A DNA stretch of 64,000 nucleotides from positions 1-64,000 of the forward strand of contig CAJNYD010000057.1 in NCBI GenBank assembly GCA_905331295.1, read 5' to 3'. Position 1 is the stretch's first letter. Each line of letters starts with the position of its first letter. The notes beneath the pieces were generated by a model. It made no database searches. It was given only the letters and a program-made list of their open reading frames with translations, and had not been told where the DNA came from. This document shows positions 37,799-50,600 of this stretch, piece after piece. This stretch comes from Rotaria socialis. Its lineage: Eukaryota. A program made the position numbers and the translations under genes.

Positions 37799-40700
37799 AT
37801 GAGCAGCATTTATCGACGGCACTCAGGTACTACCGACAGGTACGTTCAATTGTAATTCTTTTTAATTTTGTGATCTAAAATAACGAATAAAATTTGACGA
37901 TATTATTTTGTGAATGATAGATAGAACACAGAAAAACAATTTTATGTTAATAAATGTGTAATTATTTTCTCTATGCCTATCTAATATTTGGTGTTGGTAT
38001 GAATATCACAGCAGCTTCATGTATTTTTTACATGTGCGCGCATGATTGCATGAAAGAAGAGAAAGAAAAAAAATGGGGCTGCTAGTTGTATTCACTTGTC
38101 ATAAATGCGCATTTCATTCTCAAAGCTAACTGCGCAAGCTAAGCCATAAACTTATAATAGAAACGCTTTATTGAATACTAAAAAACCATATGCCAGAGAA
38201 GAAAAAAAAGAAAGAACAAAAACCGACCGTTAAAAATGGTTCGATTTTAACAGATGATGAATACAGCACTATGAGGTGAGAAAAAAACTAAAATATATTT
38301 TTGTTTTGCTTTTTTTTCTTTGAAAGCTGCTCAATTGAAATGAACATAGTCTAAAGAAAAACTAATTATTGTACTTTTCTATTTCTATCCCTAGTGATTC
38401 AGATAGGGATGATGAAAGTACTCAAGTTGACTCAACAAGCATTTCACCATCCGCATTGAAACGTCGTGTAAGTTTTCTTCCAAAAAAGAAAAATAATATA
38501 AATGGAAAAGTATCAGCAAAACCATCACCAACGAGTCCAACAACGTCAACAGCAACTCCAGTCGGAAAAATGCGTCGACGACGTCTACGTACTACAAGTC
38601 GTTCTGGCGATGATCGTATTTCATTTCAGGGTCGGAATCCAATTTACACAGCAGGTATTCATACAAATCACAAAAATAAAATTTGTCATGCTTGATTTCA
38701 ATCTTCTACTTAAAAAAAAACAAAAAAAGGCCGTCCAGCTTGGTATGATGCATCAGGTGAAATAAAAGAAGCATTTGTTATTGGTATTTGTGGCGGTAGT
38801 GCTAGTGGTAAAACAACTGTATCACAAAGAATTGTTGAGAAATTAAATGTACCATGGGTAACTTTGTTAAGTATGGATTCATTTTATAAAGTAAGAAGAA
38901 ATTTAAGAAGAAATATTTAATTTATTGCATATAAAACTTAAGGTTCTTTCTGATGAACAACATGAACAAGCTAATGAAAATAATTATAATTTTGATCATC
39001 CTGATGCATTTGATTTTGATCTTCTACTTGAAACCTTAAAAAACCTCAAAATGGGTCGACAAGTACGGTAAAAATAAATCCTTAAACATATTCAATGTTG
39101 TTTATTTTCGACTAGGTCGATATTCCATTGTATAATTTTACTACACATTCTCGGGAAACTCATACAGTAAGTTATATGAATAAGAAACAAAAAGAAAAAT
39201 AGAAATTATGATCATTTTATTATCTATAGAAAATTCTTTATGGTGCTAATGTAGTCATTTTTGAAGGAATTTTGGCTTTTACTAGTAAAAAAATTCTTGA
39301 TGTGAGTTATGAAAATTCAGCTTTTCTATTTCTTTTGTTTCTGTATGAATAGATTCTTGATATGAAAATATTCGTCGATACGGATGCAGATATTCGTCTT
39401 GCACGTCGCCTCGAACGTGATATAACTGAGCGCGGACGTGATATAGATGGTGTTATACAGCAATATACACGCTTTGTGAAACCCTCGTATGATCATTACA
39501 TTGCACCAACAATGATTTATGCAGACTTGATTGTTCCTAGAGGTAAACATTCCGAACTTTTTTTCTTCTCATATTTCAAATAAATTTTCGCATCTAATAA
39601 ATATGCCAAGAATGTATTGAGGGTCTTTTATCAATAATAAAAAACGCAAAACAACACTAAAGAAAAAATTTTTGCTTTCTCTGTGTTTGATAATTGCACG
39701 TAAATTACGTTTATTTGTCATGCACAATAAATTAATATTGATCTTGTGACTTAATTAGGCAAGAAAAAGCATGCCTTATGTTTTTTTGTCCTTACCGATA
39801 TACAGGTTAGGGTAAAACTTGACAGTTAGTAATATGTTTAAGGATAAAATTTTCAGTGCAATCAAAATTATTTGCACTGTTCAATGTTGTAGTGCAATGA
39901 AATATATCTAATTAGGTGAAAATGGTTGAGACTAGAAAACTGCCATGTATGACTGTGACTCTGGATGCAACAATAAGAATTTAAAAAATGCATATTTTAA
40001 CCTTGTAGGTGGTGAAAATCAAATTGCTATTGATTTAATTGTGCGTCATGTGAATCGTGAACTTCAAAAAGTATGATGAATTTGTCTACTGTGGTTCAGT
40101 GAAATATTTTATTTTTATTAGCGTGGTGTAAAAGTAAGAAATGAATTAGTTAATCGGTTAGGAGTTATGTGTGATTTACCCATGCCTAATACATTTTATC
40201 TTATCGAACAAACAGCACAAATAAAATATCTTCATACAATAATAAGGTATGAAGAATTTAAATCATTTTCAATTTAAGATGAACTATATTCTTATTGTTG
40301 TCGAATAGAAATAGACTCACTGGTCGTGACGAATTTATTTTCTATTCTAAACGTCTCATGCGAGTATTAATTGAATATGCTCTATCATTATTACCGTTTG
40401 AAGTAATTTTGTTTTGTTTTTGATTTTCAAAAATATTTTTTTAATAAAAAATAATTCTTCTAGGATGTCAGTGTTGAAACACCTCAGGGTCTTTTTTATA
40501 AAGGAAAAAAACATGTTTACGCTAATGTAAGTTTTTGTTCGAGTCTTAAAGAAAAAAAAAAGAAACCATGCATTTATTCGATAGGTTTGCGGCGTATCAG
40601 TAGTTCGAGCTGGTGAATGTTTAGAACCGGCATTGATTGAAATTTATAAAGATGCTAAAATTGGTAAAATTTTAATTCAAACAAATCAATTAACTGGTGA

Positions 40701-41351
40701 ACCAGAGGTAACGATACGCTACGATATTTGTTAAGACTTAAAAGTGTTTGATTTTTATAAATAGCTTCATTTTCTTCGATTACCGCGTGATATTTCTGAT
40801 ACTTATGTATTTATTCTTGATGCAACTATCGGTAATATTGGATTTCTTTGTTTTTCTTCTTCTATTAAAAAAATTAAATATTTAAATTTAGCTACTGGAG
40901 CAGCAGCATTAATGGCAATACGAGTTTTATTAGATCATAATGTGCCTGAAGATAAAATTGCTCTTCTCTCATTATTAGTATCAAAACAAGGTTAGAGTAA
41001 AAGGAACTTTTTTAACATATCGCTAATTTATTTTATATAGGAGTGCTAACAGTTGCTTATGCATTCCCAAAAGTTAAAATAGTCACAACAGCCTATGATA
41101 CACAATTGGATCAAGAAACAGGCTTTATATGTCCAGGTTTAGGCAATTTCGGTGATCGATATTTTGGTACTGATCCAATAGTATCAGACAATGAAGATAT
41201 CATCTATGGTCAATGCGGTTATGTTAGTTCGCAATCAGTTACGCCAAATTCACCTCAGCAATCATCAAAATTAAATCATTCGAATCGAGATCTATCTCCA
41301 TTGAATACATTACGATCAAACGATCACGAAGAAGTATTCCAAAAGATATAA
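37799..41351 (+). CDS. UCKL1: Uridine-cytidine kinase-like 1 (uridine kinase plus UPRTase-like domain); two candidate first exons (37799-37839 or 38190-38275)
   Basis: IYTAGRPAWYD; P-loop [75 protein letters not shown]. Short GT-AG introns throughout. Confidence 0.95.
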
Positions 41352-41699
41352 TGGTGCTAATATTATCTAACCTAGTCGGTAGTAAAAAAAATAAAACAAC
41401 GTGAACATTCCGAAATTTATGCGCAGCTTGTCAGTAATAAATCCGATGTTACTGTTTTTTTTTAATACATCGGAATTATGATATTATTAAAGAGGTCTGG
41501 CGAATATATATAATTATAATCTCTGTGTCACTCTGCTTTTCTTTTTTTTTGCTATCGTTGTTGGTTTTGTTTACTTTTGCTGATAAACGCTTCAATAAAA
41601 GTGATGAACGTTTGTGTTTTGATCGATTTGTTTGCTAGTTCAAGATAGAAAATAATTCATAGGAGAAAGAATGATTCAAAAAACAAAAATCATTTTCAG

Positions 41700-42350
41700 A
41701 TGTCATCGTCAACTGATGATCTTAATAAGAAACGTACTGAAGACAATATATCCTATAGACCAGGAACCTTTCGTTATCACGATGTACCACCAAATGAACG
41801 GAGAAAACTATTTGACGATCGACAAAATGAACTCAATCCGTGTCTCAAAGTAAGAAAGTTAAAATTAATCAATATAAACACTGGAACCGAACAGTTTGTT
41901 AGATTTAGAAAGAATATTTTTTAAGATAGAACTGCTATGATTTGAATTTCGACATGACATCGGAAAGTTCTATTTGTATTTAGGAATCAGAAATTTCAAA
42001 TGCTTGTTTAATGATGAGTGGTGATGATTACAGTAGATGCCACGCTCAAGTGGAAAATTATAAAACATGCAAGCGCTTTTGGGTAACTCTATAACATTTG
42101 TTCATCGTCGATCGATATGTTTTTTCGATTATCTAGACAGCTGTAAGAAATTTTGCTACAGTCAATCATTTATTGAGAAATGATGGATTTCCACCATTAT
42201 ATGAACGACCTATTTGGTGAGTTGTCTTATTCATAGACTACAATGTTTTCGTGATTGTTTATTTTTTTAATCCACAGGAAGAAACAACTTCATACTTGGA
42301 TTCAAACAAAGAAACTAACCATACCTGAAGAACTCAAACCTTTAATATAA
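41700..42350 (+). CDS. CHCHD7: Twin CX9C mitochondrial IMS protein CHCHD7/COX23; exons 41700-41849, 41984-42082, 42137-42216, 42278-42350
   Basis: Spliced NPCLKESEISNACLMMSGDDYSRCHAQVENYKTCKRFW has two CX9C motifs and follows the CHCHD7 pattern NPCLxESxxSxxCL...C...YKxCxRFW. Confidence 0.88.
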
Positions 42351-42511
42351 ACAATGTCAATTAATGTTTTTTTTTTGTTCACAAGATTTTGTAGATAACA
42401 AGTTTAACAACACTCGTTCTAGAATTTACAACGGCTGTTTTTTCTCTCAACAAAAATTTAAAAGAAAATCGAATCTTACTTGATTTTAAATTTTCGTTTT
42501 CAGATAGGAGA

Positions 42512-43144
42512 ATGTTTCGCTTTCACTTTCGTTTACGTTCTCCATTATTAGCTTTGGCATCTTCAGCTCTCTTCGGTCATTCATCATCGAAAGAATCTAA
42601 AGCTATTCCTGTTCAAAATTCATCTGAACTACCGCGAACGCCCTATCAACATGTCAATTGTACTGGTTTTGAATGTGTTCGTGAATCATCAATGATTAAT
42701 CTATCAGCTTCATCGTCGTTTCTTAAACATACGTTATATTATTATTCTGAGTTAACTCAACATTATTGTGTTCATATATCGACAATGATTGGACTTCTGG
42801 AGGAATATAAACGACGCGAAGGTGCAGGAAGTTTTCAACAAGAAATTTGGGATATTTATGTACAACATCGTGTTTCATTAGGCGAAATGAAAACCGAATT
42901 ATTACGTTTACGTTTACTTTTATCGACCATTGATCGTCTTGTTACAGAATCTATTGATGCTTCTTACCAAACACAAGATGAAACAGTAACACAACTTGTA
43001 TCGAATGAATTAATTCAGACTAAACGTATTATAGAACAAAATGAACAACTAATAAGTAGGACTGAAATGAGTTTAACTACTGAACAAGTAAAAATAATCG
43101 AGAAAAATAAAGATACGAGTGATGCGAAAGTTTCTGATGAATAA
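42512..43144 (+). CDS. DIABLO: Smac/DIABLO homologue, intronless, 210 aa
   Basis: Arg/Phe/Ser-rich presequence-like N-terminus, then AIPV at residues 31-34 (cf. Smac AVPI). Collinear matches to recalled human Smac: SSSFLKHTLY/TSTFLSQTTY, EIWDIYVQHR/EVWQVIIGAR, ASYQT/AAYQT. Confidence 0.78.
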   Translation: MFRFHFRLRSPLLALASSALFGHSSSKESKAIPVQNSSELPRTPYQHVNCTGFECVRESSMINLSASSSFLKHTLYYYSELTQHYCVHISTMIGLLEEYKRREGAGSFQQEIWDIYVQHRVSLGEMKTELLRLRLLLSTIDRLVTESIDASYQTQDETVTQLVSNELIQTKRIIEQNEQLISRTEMSLTTEQVKIIEKNKDTSDAKVSDE

Positions 43145-43206
43145 CAATCGGATATGCATTATTTTGATATTTTATTTTTAGAATATACTTTAAGATAATG
43201 AACTAA

Positions 43207-44158
43207 ATGGATGAAAATTTCATTTGTTCAAATTCTGAAGCATGTCTTCAATTTATTCATTATAAGTTTGATTATTATAAAAACATTCTCGATGATGATC
43301 AACAGACATGTGATAATGCAATTGCTTTTATTAGACAACAAGCATGTTTATACAATGGCGACGATGATGATGATGATGATGAAAAACCTCGATCAATAAC
43401 TGGATTTGATAGAATTCAATTAGCTAATCAATTAGATTATTTTGAACAGGAAGCTTGCAAAACAAGTGAAGAAAATAAAACATGTATTTATTAAACCCAA
43501 TTAAATATGAATATAATTTATATTATTAGTCTAGTTTTAAGTCGATAAAAAATTGATGTTGTATGCTTCATTTGTTTTTCGGGTTCATTATCCGAAAAGC
43601 TGTTCAACCATTAATAGTCATATTAGATAGTTTTTAGCATATAAGTAAATAAAAAAATCTATTTGTCTATTTTAGGCTTATTTAAAATGTTCCAAAATTT
43701 ATTCAATTTACATCGTCAAGGTGCTTTTGAGAGAGTGCGAATCAGTGAACATCAAATAGCTGAATCATTCCAATATAGACCTTCTGTGTTAGCTAATATT
43801 GAAAAGCTTCGTCTTCCAATGAACAGTATAACATCTTCTTCATCTATACATTCCGAGAAAAATCATGCCACGTTTACTGCAACGCCAACACCGAATACCT
43901 CATTGGCAACTCCAGTTCGTTCAACAAGTTTTAGCAATCGAGCTGATATTCAAGCTTTTCAACAAAAGAAAAATCCTGTTTCTCTGAAAATACTTCCAGC
44001 CATTGAAAGCAATGAAATTGATTTAACAAAACTCATTCGAGAAACCAATCAAAATAAAACGTATGTACTCTCAATAGAGTTTATTATTGTCTAAGAGTTT
44101 TAATTGTTTCTATTAGATCTGGCGATTTTCAATTTTCGAAAATGTCACAACATTTACG

Positions 44159-44197
<39 letters not shown>

Positions 44198-46893
44198 GAA
44201 AAAAACCACTATGACATTGTCAAAGAAATTATCTCACCAATCGATATCATGTGATGACGCTTTACTTGTCGGTGCTAATAAACGATACGTTCTTCTTTAT
44301 AATATGAATATTTCAAGCATACTTTATTTATTTGACACGCAAACAAATGAAAGCAAAGAAATTCTATGGGATGAAGGTATTTTCGTAAGAAGAATTTACG
44401 AAGTTTTTTTTCTTCTTCTACATCATATAAGAACTGACTCGATAAAAGATTTGTTTAGAACACTAATCTATAGATGAATTGTTGTTTTATACTGTGAGTT
44501 TGAATGCCAGTGCAGGTGTTAATATAAACCTAATTGGATTTAGTTTTTCACAGAATTATTTTCTCGCCCTCTCTAATAGTGTCTGTGTAGAATTTTATTG
44601 ATAAGTTAATCTCTTGACAATAACCATAACAGAAACATAGCGACAACTCATTGAAAATTGCTTTTCTGAATGAACATTGAGGTCCATTAATGAATGAATT
44701 ATTCTCGTCACGTAGTATCAATGCGACTAGAAATAAAGACTCACGATGTATGTGTAGTCAACAATCATATAAATGATGAATTGTCCATTAAAAACTTAAT
44801 GTATAGACATAATTTTAATATTTTTTCATCATCTCATGTTGATTCCATCGAAAATTCTGCCTAGGATTTTTAGGATAGTGTTCAAATTAAAAAAGAATTA
44901 ATTTACATATTTCTAGAACTAGTACGAATTTTACTGGCAACTATTTATAAACGTAATATTGTCTCATAAGAGATGCTTGCTCTCCAGAGGCTTTCGTGCA
45001 CGTAAGATCACGAAGATTATCTTCAGTAAGCATAAACCACACTCTAATAGCAAAGCATATATTATTATAAAAAGGTGTTGTATAATTATCGTAAGTTGTG
45101 AAGCTCTCTCTCGAAAACCAAACAACAACAACAACAACAACAAGGAAAGCCTGTAACCAGCCAATGCTAATGGCTGAGATTTATTAAGTAGGCCATACTA
45201 AGAACAATTAATGTTTAAATAAACTAGAGTTCGTAGGCTCTCTTTTCAAGGTATATATGATTTTAATTAGTTTTCCGCATGGGAGCCAGGCATTATTGAA
45301 GATTTCTCATTAAAGCACTTCTGCAAACTAATTCATCAGTTGTACCATGGTGAACGCAAACCGAGATCACATCTTCAAAATTTTTATAACATCAAATTAA
45401 TTGTTTCCTTCAGTGTATATTTAAAAAAAAAACAACATCTAGGCGATTTATCCACCTAAGGAGAAAAACTGAATACTGTCCAAATTGTAAAGTCTATTGA
45501 CATAATTTGAATTATAAATATGTGAAACTTGAATGTATCAATTTACGCATTGGTATTCACAGCTTATATTTTATATTAGCTAGTTTAACGATGAAAACAT
45601 TCATTAGAGTCGAATATAATCAATGTCTGTAACTTAGAGTGCACGACCTTGTTCATTATCAAACCTACTAACAACTGAAGAAAAATGCGTAACAAATTGA
45701 TCGATGTAGATCGGTTGTGAATAATTCTTTGTACGATTCTGTATTCGATGCACCAACTCAATGATTACTTTATTACTAATATCCTTAAATCCTTCATTTT
45801 CCACGCATGCGTTCATTTTATTCAATTATGTAGACAAAAAACAGACACGTAGTTTGCACAACAAAATGAACAGTCATCATATTTTCAGAGTTCTGTCTAC
45901 ACATCACTATATTATATAGATATATAAGAAGCTGTCATGTTGAACCTAAGTCTCATAAATAAAAAACTGATCAATGTTTCAGAGCGTGTCGAAATATTCT
46001 AATCAATATACTTAGAAATCATTAGTTCTATGCATCTCATAAAGATTAATACGAATTTTAATCGAACCGGAAAGATTGTATTATTTATTCTATAAATTTT
46101 AATTTAATTTTTTTCTTCTTCTTCTTCAGGAGATATTCTATCAATTGGCCTTGTTGAGAGTAATATATTCTATATTATAACTTCAACAAAAATATTTCTT
46201 TATGATATAATTAAAGAAAATATAGCTTCACAATATTTTCTCTATGATACATTATATAAAGATTTATTATTAATTACGGCAAATTCATTTTATCAAACTC
46301 TTTTAAAGCGTAATAATCAAATTCAATCAACTGTTTATGATGATTATTGTTATTATTTATATACAAGTAAAGACTATAGTCAAATATTTATTAAGTGCTT
46401 AATAGACAATTTTTTTCAAGAAACAAATATCAATCTAACAAAATTACATCCTGATATTCAATATTTTCTTAGTTTTACAGTAACACAAAAATCATTAATA
46501 ACATTTCTCATTGGTGATTCAAGTGCATATCAATTATTAGTCTGTGATGAAATTCAAAATTTTAATATACTTAAAATAATTCCAATGAATAATTCAATTG
46601 AACCAACAAAAATGATAACAACATTTGCCTCGAAAATGATAAATTATTCGCCCGCAAAAAATAAAAAAAAAGGGATTATTAAATATGGTAAACAAGTTTG
46701 GTTTATTTTGGATAAAAAACGAAACTGTATCGATTGTCTTACACACGAAGAATATCTAACTAAAATTGAACCAAGAGGAAATGATCAAATTCAATCGATT
46801 TCACTCTTTGATGATAAACTTATTTTAGCTTACAATCAATTATCCATAGAAATAATTGATCTTGACAAGTATTTCTCTTCTTTTGAATTTTAG
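43207..46893 (+). CDS. Uncharacterised protein (helical N-terminus, S/T-rich linker, polyQ, beta-strand-rich possibly propeller-like C-terminus); exons 43207-43483, 43676-44060, 44117-44376, 46130-46893
   Basis: All three introns are GT-AG with matching phases (1, 2, 1), giving one open frame to TAG at 46891-46893. The (CAA)n run at about 44160-44198 encodes polyQ. Confidence 0.75.
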
Positions 46894-47683
46894 TACCAGT
46901 TACTTATTTTGTTTTTGTTTTTCTTTCCGAATTACTAAAAGAAAAGGAAACGCTGTAGACTTATGAAATATTCTTCTAATTATTCAATTTGATAATCAAA
47001 ATGTGAATCTTATTTCCTTTCATAAAAGATAAATTTTTGAAATAAAAGAAACATAAACTCTATATTATTATCGAGTAATTTGTCATTTTGATTTTATTTT
47101 CAAGCAATAGAACAAAAAATAAGAACTATTCTTCCGAAAATTTGTTTCTCTTATTTTGGATTTTGTCGCCTTTTGTATATACTCTCGTCATCGTCAAATG
47201 GAAAAGCAATGGAAACCCGATAGATGACGAGCAGAATGATGACATCGACGAATAATATATGTATTTGCCAATTGAATTATGAATTTGAGTGATGGATGTA
47301 ATGATGAAGATGCAAGAGAAGCTTGCTCAGTCTTCTATCTGGACCTCTATATTGTTTCGGCGACATGGCTTTTTTTCTTTTTCTTTTTTTTTTCTACTTC
47401 AAAAAAGAGCCAAGAGGAAAACAGTGAAAGAGAGAAAAATCATCATCCAAACAAACACATAGTCGAATAGACAGAGCGCAAAATAAAACAGAGAAATAGA
47501 GAAAGAGAAGAGAGAACCGCCGAAGAGTTAGTCCCGCTTTCTCAAATGGAACAACTTGAAATGTCACTATGAAAACAAAACTATCTGTAGTTGATCTTCA
47601 TTTCAACATAGTCAATATAATACTGATTCATTGAGCGATGCTCATCATTTACTATCAATTGGAAGACAATAATTACAAAGAAT

Positions 47684-50600
47684 ATGGGCTGTGTTTCATC
47701 TAAAAAGAAGTTATCCAAATCGGACTTGGAATTTCTCGAAGAAAATACTGAATTTACTAAAGATCAAATTATTGAATGGTATGAAGGTTTTATTGTAAGT
47801 ATAAATAAAAATGACATATGCAAAAACAAAACACGAAGAATAACTTTTCTTTTTTCTTGTGTATACACATCAAATAATCATATGGCTCATCGGCACTGTG
47901 AAATTGCTTTTCCTGTTAGAGCCTATGTTAGAAACTAAATGATGTTCAAACCACTCTGGACTTACATTTCCTTACTCACGCTTTATTGCCTCATTGCGCC
48001 TCGTCTCTATTATAATAGGACACGCAAAGCAAGTTACAAAAACTCCTCTCCCCCCTCTTCTGACTTTGTCCGCTGACTGCATCTAAAGATAAATTCAGCC
48101 TAAATAAGTTTCTCATTTGATAGCCATTAGTAAAATCCTACCCATATGCATATTTTAAAAAGACAACAAGGGTTGAGCTAAAAAGTCTATCGAGTAAGCA
48201 CACATACACAAATATTGATTATTATCATCATCATCTATCAATTCTTTTTTTTCTTTTTGTTTATGATTTGCATAAATTTTTTGCTCATTCAATTGTTTAT
48301 TCACACACCATTGTTCACTTTCCCACTAAGGTTAAAAGGATCAGTTAGTGTACGTGTTATAATCATTGAAACAAAATTGATGGGTAACAAAACAAATTTT
48401 GACGTTCATTCTCTTTCTCCTAGGATTTCCCATGGCAAATCACAAATTAATATAACAAAACGTTTTCCATAGATGATTTGTTTTTTTTGCTCTCTCTCTC
48501 TCACTCTAGACATTCATTCAGTGGTGGGATGTGCCGCTCGGTAGGTCACGTCGTTTGACGGCAGATTTTAGATAGACTACTAAACAAAAACAAAATATGT
48601 ATGCGGAAATAAGGAATAATCATCAACATAGTGCGAGAACGACTAATAAATTTAAATATATAATTTTATTTTACTTGGACCCATGTACTGTCTTTAGGCA
48701 TAGGAATCATTCTCTCTCTCTTTCTACATACATACAGCTAATAGAGACAATAGAAGAAGCAAACAACTCGATTTTTAATCGATAAATATAAAAAAAGATA
48801 TAAGATAAAAAAAACACAATAAAGAACAATCAATTTACTAATGCTAGCAGTACTCATCCAATAAGGTTAGTGTTCTTTATGTCCCAGAAGACATAAAGAG
48901 GTCGCGTGAATGAACATATACAATGATACTTTGTATAGCTAGAAAAAAATTCATTCTACCATGAAGAACTGTATACAATTGATTAAGTTTGGAGTATAGA
49001 ACGCAAAAAGACGAAAAAAAAGGAACTACATATTCTCTAATATCTGAGTGTATTTTTATTTTAGTATATACTCAGAGGCGGCGGAGCGTCATTAAGCTAG
49101 GTGAGGCTCATAATATTTTTTTTTCTATTGTGGAATTTTATGAAAGCATCAAGCAGAAAATAAATCTTCTTTTTATTGAACTTCAGTAAAAGTAAAAATG
49201 GCCAGTATAAAAACGAAGATTGGAAAATACCAAAATACACTTTTCTTTACTGCTATTTTGATGCATGAATAGAAAAATAGCAATAAACAGTAAAAGATCA
49301 AGGGAGGCTGAGCCTCATTTGCGAAATCTAGGTGAAGCTCAAGTCTCATGGGTCTCAGTGACTTCACCGCCCCTGTATATGCTGTTTGTCACGATGACTA
49401 TTTTAGGAGTGCATTTTCATTCTTTTTTTTATACTTTATTTCGATAGTATAGAAATTATCTATGAAACAAAACTTTAATGGATGCTTTTTAGAATTAGAA
49501 CGGAAAAGAAGTTGTCTGTCAATAAACGGAAACTACTAAAATATTTTCACAGTAAGGTACTGATTACTTTGCTACTAGTTTCCTTAAAGGAAATTTAGCT
49601 TAACTCCAACATGAATATTTTTTTATCTATTTTTTCGTGTTACATTGACAATAATATATTCTAAATTATTCATGTTATATGAATCGATTTTTTTCATAAA
49701 AATTTTCACTTGATATTTAATCTTTTGTTATATACTAATCAAAAAGATCTTCATTTTACAATTCAGATCAATAACTTTGAATCCATTTCGATTAGTAAAC
49801 AGTCTGATTTTAGTGAACAAAATGCATCGTTACTAAAAATAAAGCGTGACAAAATTCTCATGAGACACATCTTAGAAAAACATCTCCTCTAGTAATATAA
49901 TTATGTCGTCCTATTTTCAATTTTGGTCAAAGTGCCCCGAAAAATGTTTGATGAAATCGAAATAACAGTAACAAATAGTATTTGTAAATACTAAAGTATA
50001 CGTTATTTTGTAGAACAAAAATGGACTTTTGACCGTGTCTAATTGTATTAAGATTTATTTGAGACAATATATAGCACAGGGATCATATGTTAATAATAAG
50101 TAGCTTGATATATATATATCAATGAATTAAAACTTCGGTAATCTATTATAATGGCCCATTGGAAAAATGAAACCAAAAGATCATATTATTTTTGCCTTGG
50201 CATCGTTTTTTCTTTTCTATCATCACACAGCGAAAAAGCACTTTGACTAAATATTTATATTCATCGATTGAAATGAATGGTCTCATCGTTATAGAACAAG
50301 AAATCCTTCACAGGGCATTGAACATTTCTATTTTGACATTAATCTTATGCTTGTCATTATTAGAATAATAAATCTTTTCTGTTTCTTAATTTATTTCTCT
50401 AGCTTGATTGTCCCAATGGTGAATTGACAAAGAAAAAATTTATTCAAGTCTATCGTCAATTTTTTCCTAATGGACAAGCGGAAGCATTTTGCACACATAT
50501 ATTTCGCACGTTCGATGCTGATAATTCAGGCAAAATCGATTTTAAGTAAGTTTCTGGTTTTATTTTTTTTTCGGAACTACAAGAACAAATAAGTAACATT

